Position numbers and translations under genes: made by a program | Assembly: GCA_044892525.1 (NCBI GenBank) | Contig: CM097885.1 | Location: 21,826,001-21,890,000, forward strand | From: Schmidtea polychroa | Lineage: Eukaryota | Length of the DNA: 64,000 nt | Reading direction: 5' to 3' | Shown: positions 62,701-64,000 of the stretch, in pieces | Layout of the letters: the number at the start of each line of letters is the position of its first letter | How positions within the stretch are numbered: position 1 is the first letter of the stretch | The notes under the pieces: generated by a model | The model's input: the letters and a program-made list of their open reading frames with translations, nothing else | Told to the model about the DNA's origin: nothing | Database searches by the model: none

Positions 62701-64000
62701 TTTATTTAAAATATCGAGTACAGTGATTAACAAAAAATTAATTATAACCAGTTTTATCATTAGATTTTATAAATTATTTAGGGTTAATGATTTTACATGT
62801 TTTATAGGGAAATATTCGTGATAATACGAATTAAAGTTAGAATTATAGTCATTTAAAGGGGATTTTAAGGAATCTTATTAGTCTGAGGGGAATATATGAT
62901 CCTTTACGGGTACTTATCATTAAAATATCAATCTTTAAATATTGATATATTTAGGGGAAATGATGCTTTTTAGATGATTTTAATGAATTATTTGTAATAA
63001 TATGAATTAAGGGTTGAAATATAGTCATTTAAGGGATTTTAAGGAATCTTATTAGTTTGAGGAGAATATATGATCTTTAACACGTATTTATCATTAAAAT
63101 ACCAATCTTTAAATATTGATATATTTAGGGGGAAAATGATGCTTTTTAGATGATTTTATTGGAGAATTCACTTGGATATACCAATTATTGTCATTTGAAT
63201 GAATTTACTGGTTTGTTAGATGTTATCATTAGTTATCTAGTCTCTTTTGGAATTTAATGATAAATATTTTTATTGTAGATTGCTGACTTTGATAATTGTA
63301 ATGAATTTATACTGATTTTTTGAATATATTGAGAAATCAGTCAATCAATTTGAGTACATGTATTACTTTTACAAAAATAATTAAAATTAATTTTATTTCA
63401 ATTAATTTATTCAATCTAAATCAATTATCTACTAGATTTTATCTTATTAATTTATTAACTTAGTTGATTCAACTTGAATGATCAGTATTTTATTTTATTT
63501 ACTGGATGATTAGAATTTTTTTTCTTGTCCATTAATTAAATTTTTATGATATTTATTTCGAATAATTTATATTTTTTACAATAATTTAATCAATTTTTAC
63601 CTAGTTATTGATGCCTTGAGTTCAAATAATTTTTCATCCAATTTTTCAAGTGAAGAGTATTTGCTTTTAAAGATCAATTTGTTAGTACATAGTTGTTGGT
63701 TGTAAGTAGTTGGTTGACTTTTTAGATTTTGATAAGAAAATAGTGTATGCGATGAAGAATATTTTGTATTTGGTAGTTGGTACAGTGTTGTTTACTGATT
63801 GTTGTTATATAGTTTTAGGTTGATATTTGTTAATTTCTCGATGGGTTTTGATGGTGGTTGTTAGTAGTTGTTGTTTGAAACCTAGTGGTTAGTACTTAGT
63901 AGCTAGTTAATGGGTAGGTTGTGGTTGAGTGTTACCAATACCCCTACGACTAGTACCTTTACGACCAGTACCCTTACGACCAGTACCCTTACGACTAATA

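Larger units (their letters stand above)
57191..64000. mobile_element. Second Polinton-like element, apparently non-autonomous: ~4.1-kb left arm (57191-~61276), ~2-kb non-coding core, right arm from ~63267 truncated by the window end
   Basis: AGTAG start, G-tract and tandem arrays as in the first Polinton's TIR. 63267-64000 is the reverse complement of 60251-61276 minus one duplicated block. It shares a 33-bp motif with the first element's TIR. Confidence 0.65.

Overview
AT-rich eukaryotic (invertebrate-like) genomic DNA with short (~40-60 nt) GT-AG introns and many (AAT)n/(TA)n microsatellites. There are two host genes on the minus strand: a divergent beta-tubulin (8513-12008) and an 8-exon ZW10 homolog (14736-50561). 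The main feature is a complete 19.9-kb Polinton/Maverick endogenous virus (16492-36440) with AGTAG...CTACT termini, a 6-bp ATTATC target-site duplication and 2.1/2.3-kb TIRs. It sits inside a decayed mariner within a 25.7-kb ZW10 intron. It encodes an apparently intact core (pPolB, integrase, packaging ATPase, major and minor capsid proteins, adenain protease, two candidate protease-processed core proteins). Its accessory genes are unusual: a TATA-binding-protein homolog, a spliced Bcl-2 homolog, a five-exon tandem-SIM acidic protein, a signal-peptide/coiled-coil/GPI-like surface protein and an overprinted myristoylation-motif ORF. Nine host-style short introns can be reconstructed in six of its genes. 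A second, apparently non-coding Polinton-like element with a ~4-kb inverted-repeat arm starts at 57191, shares a cis-motif with the first, and runs off the window end. The rest is DNA transposons (pogo, hAT, mariner, Helitron, MITEs), Gypsy remnants, a truncated Penelope-like element and satellites. All calls come from manual motif reading; no database searches were run.
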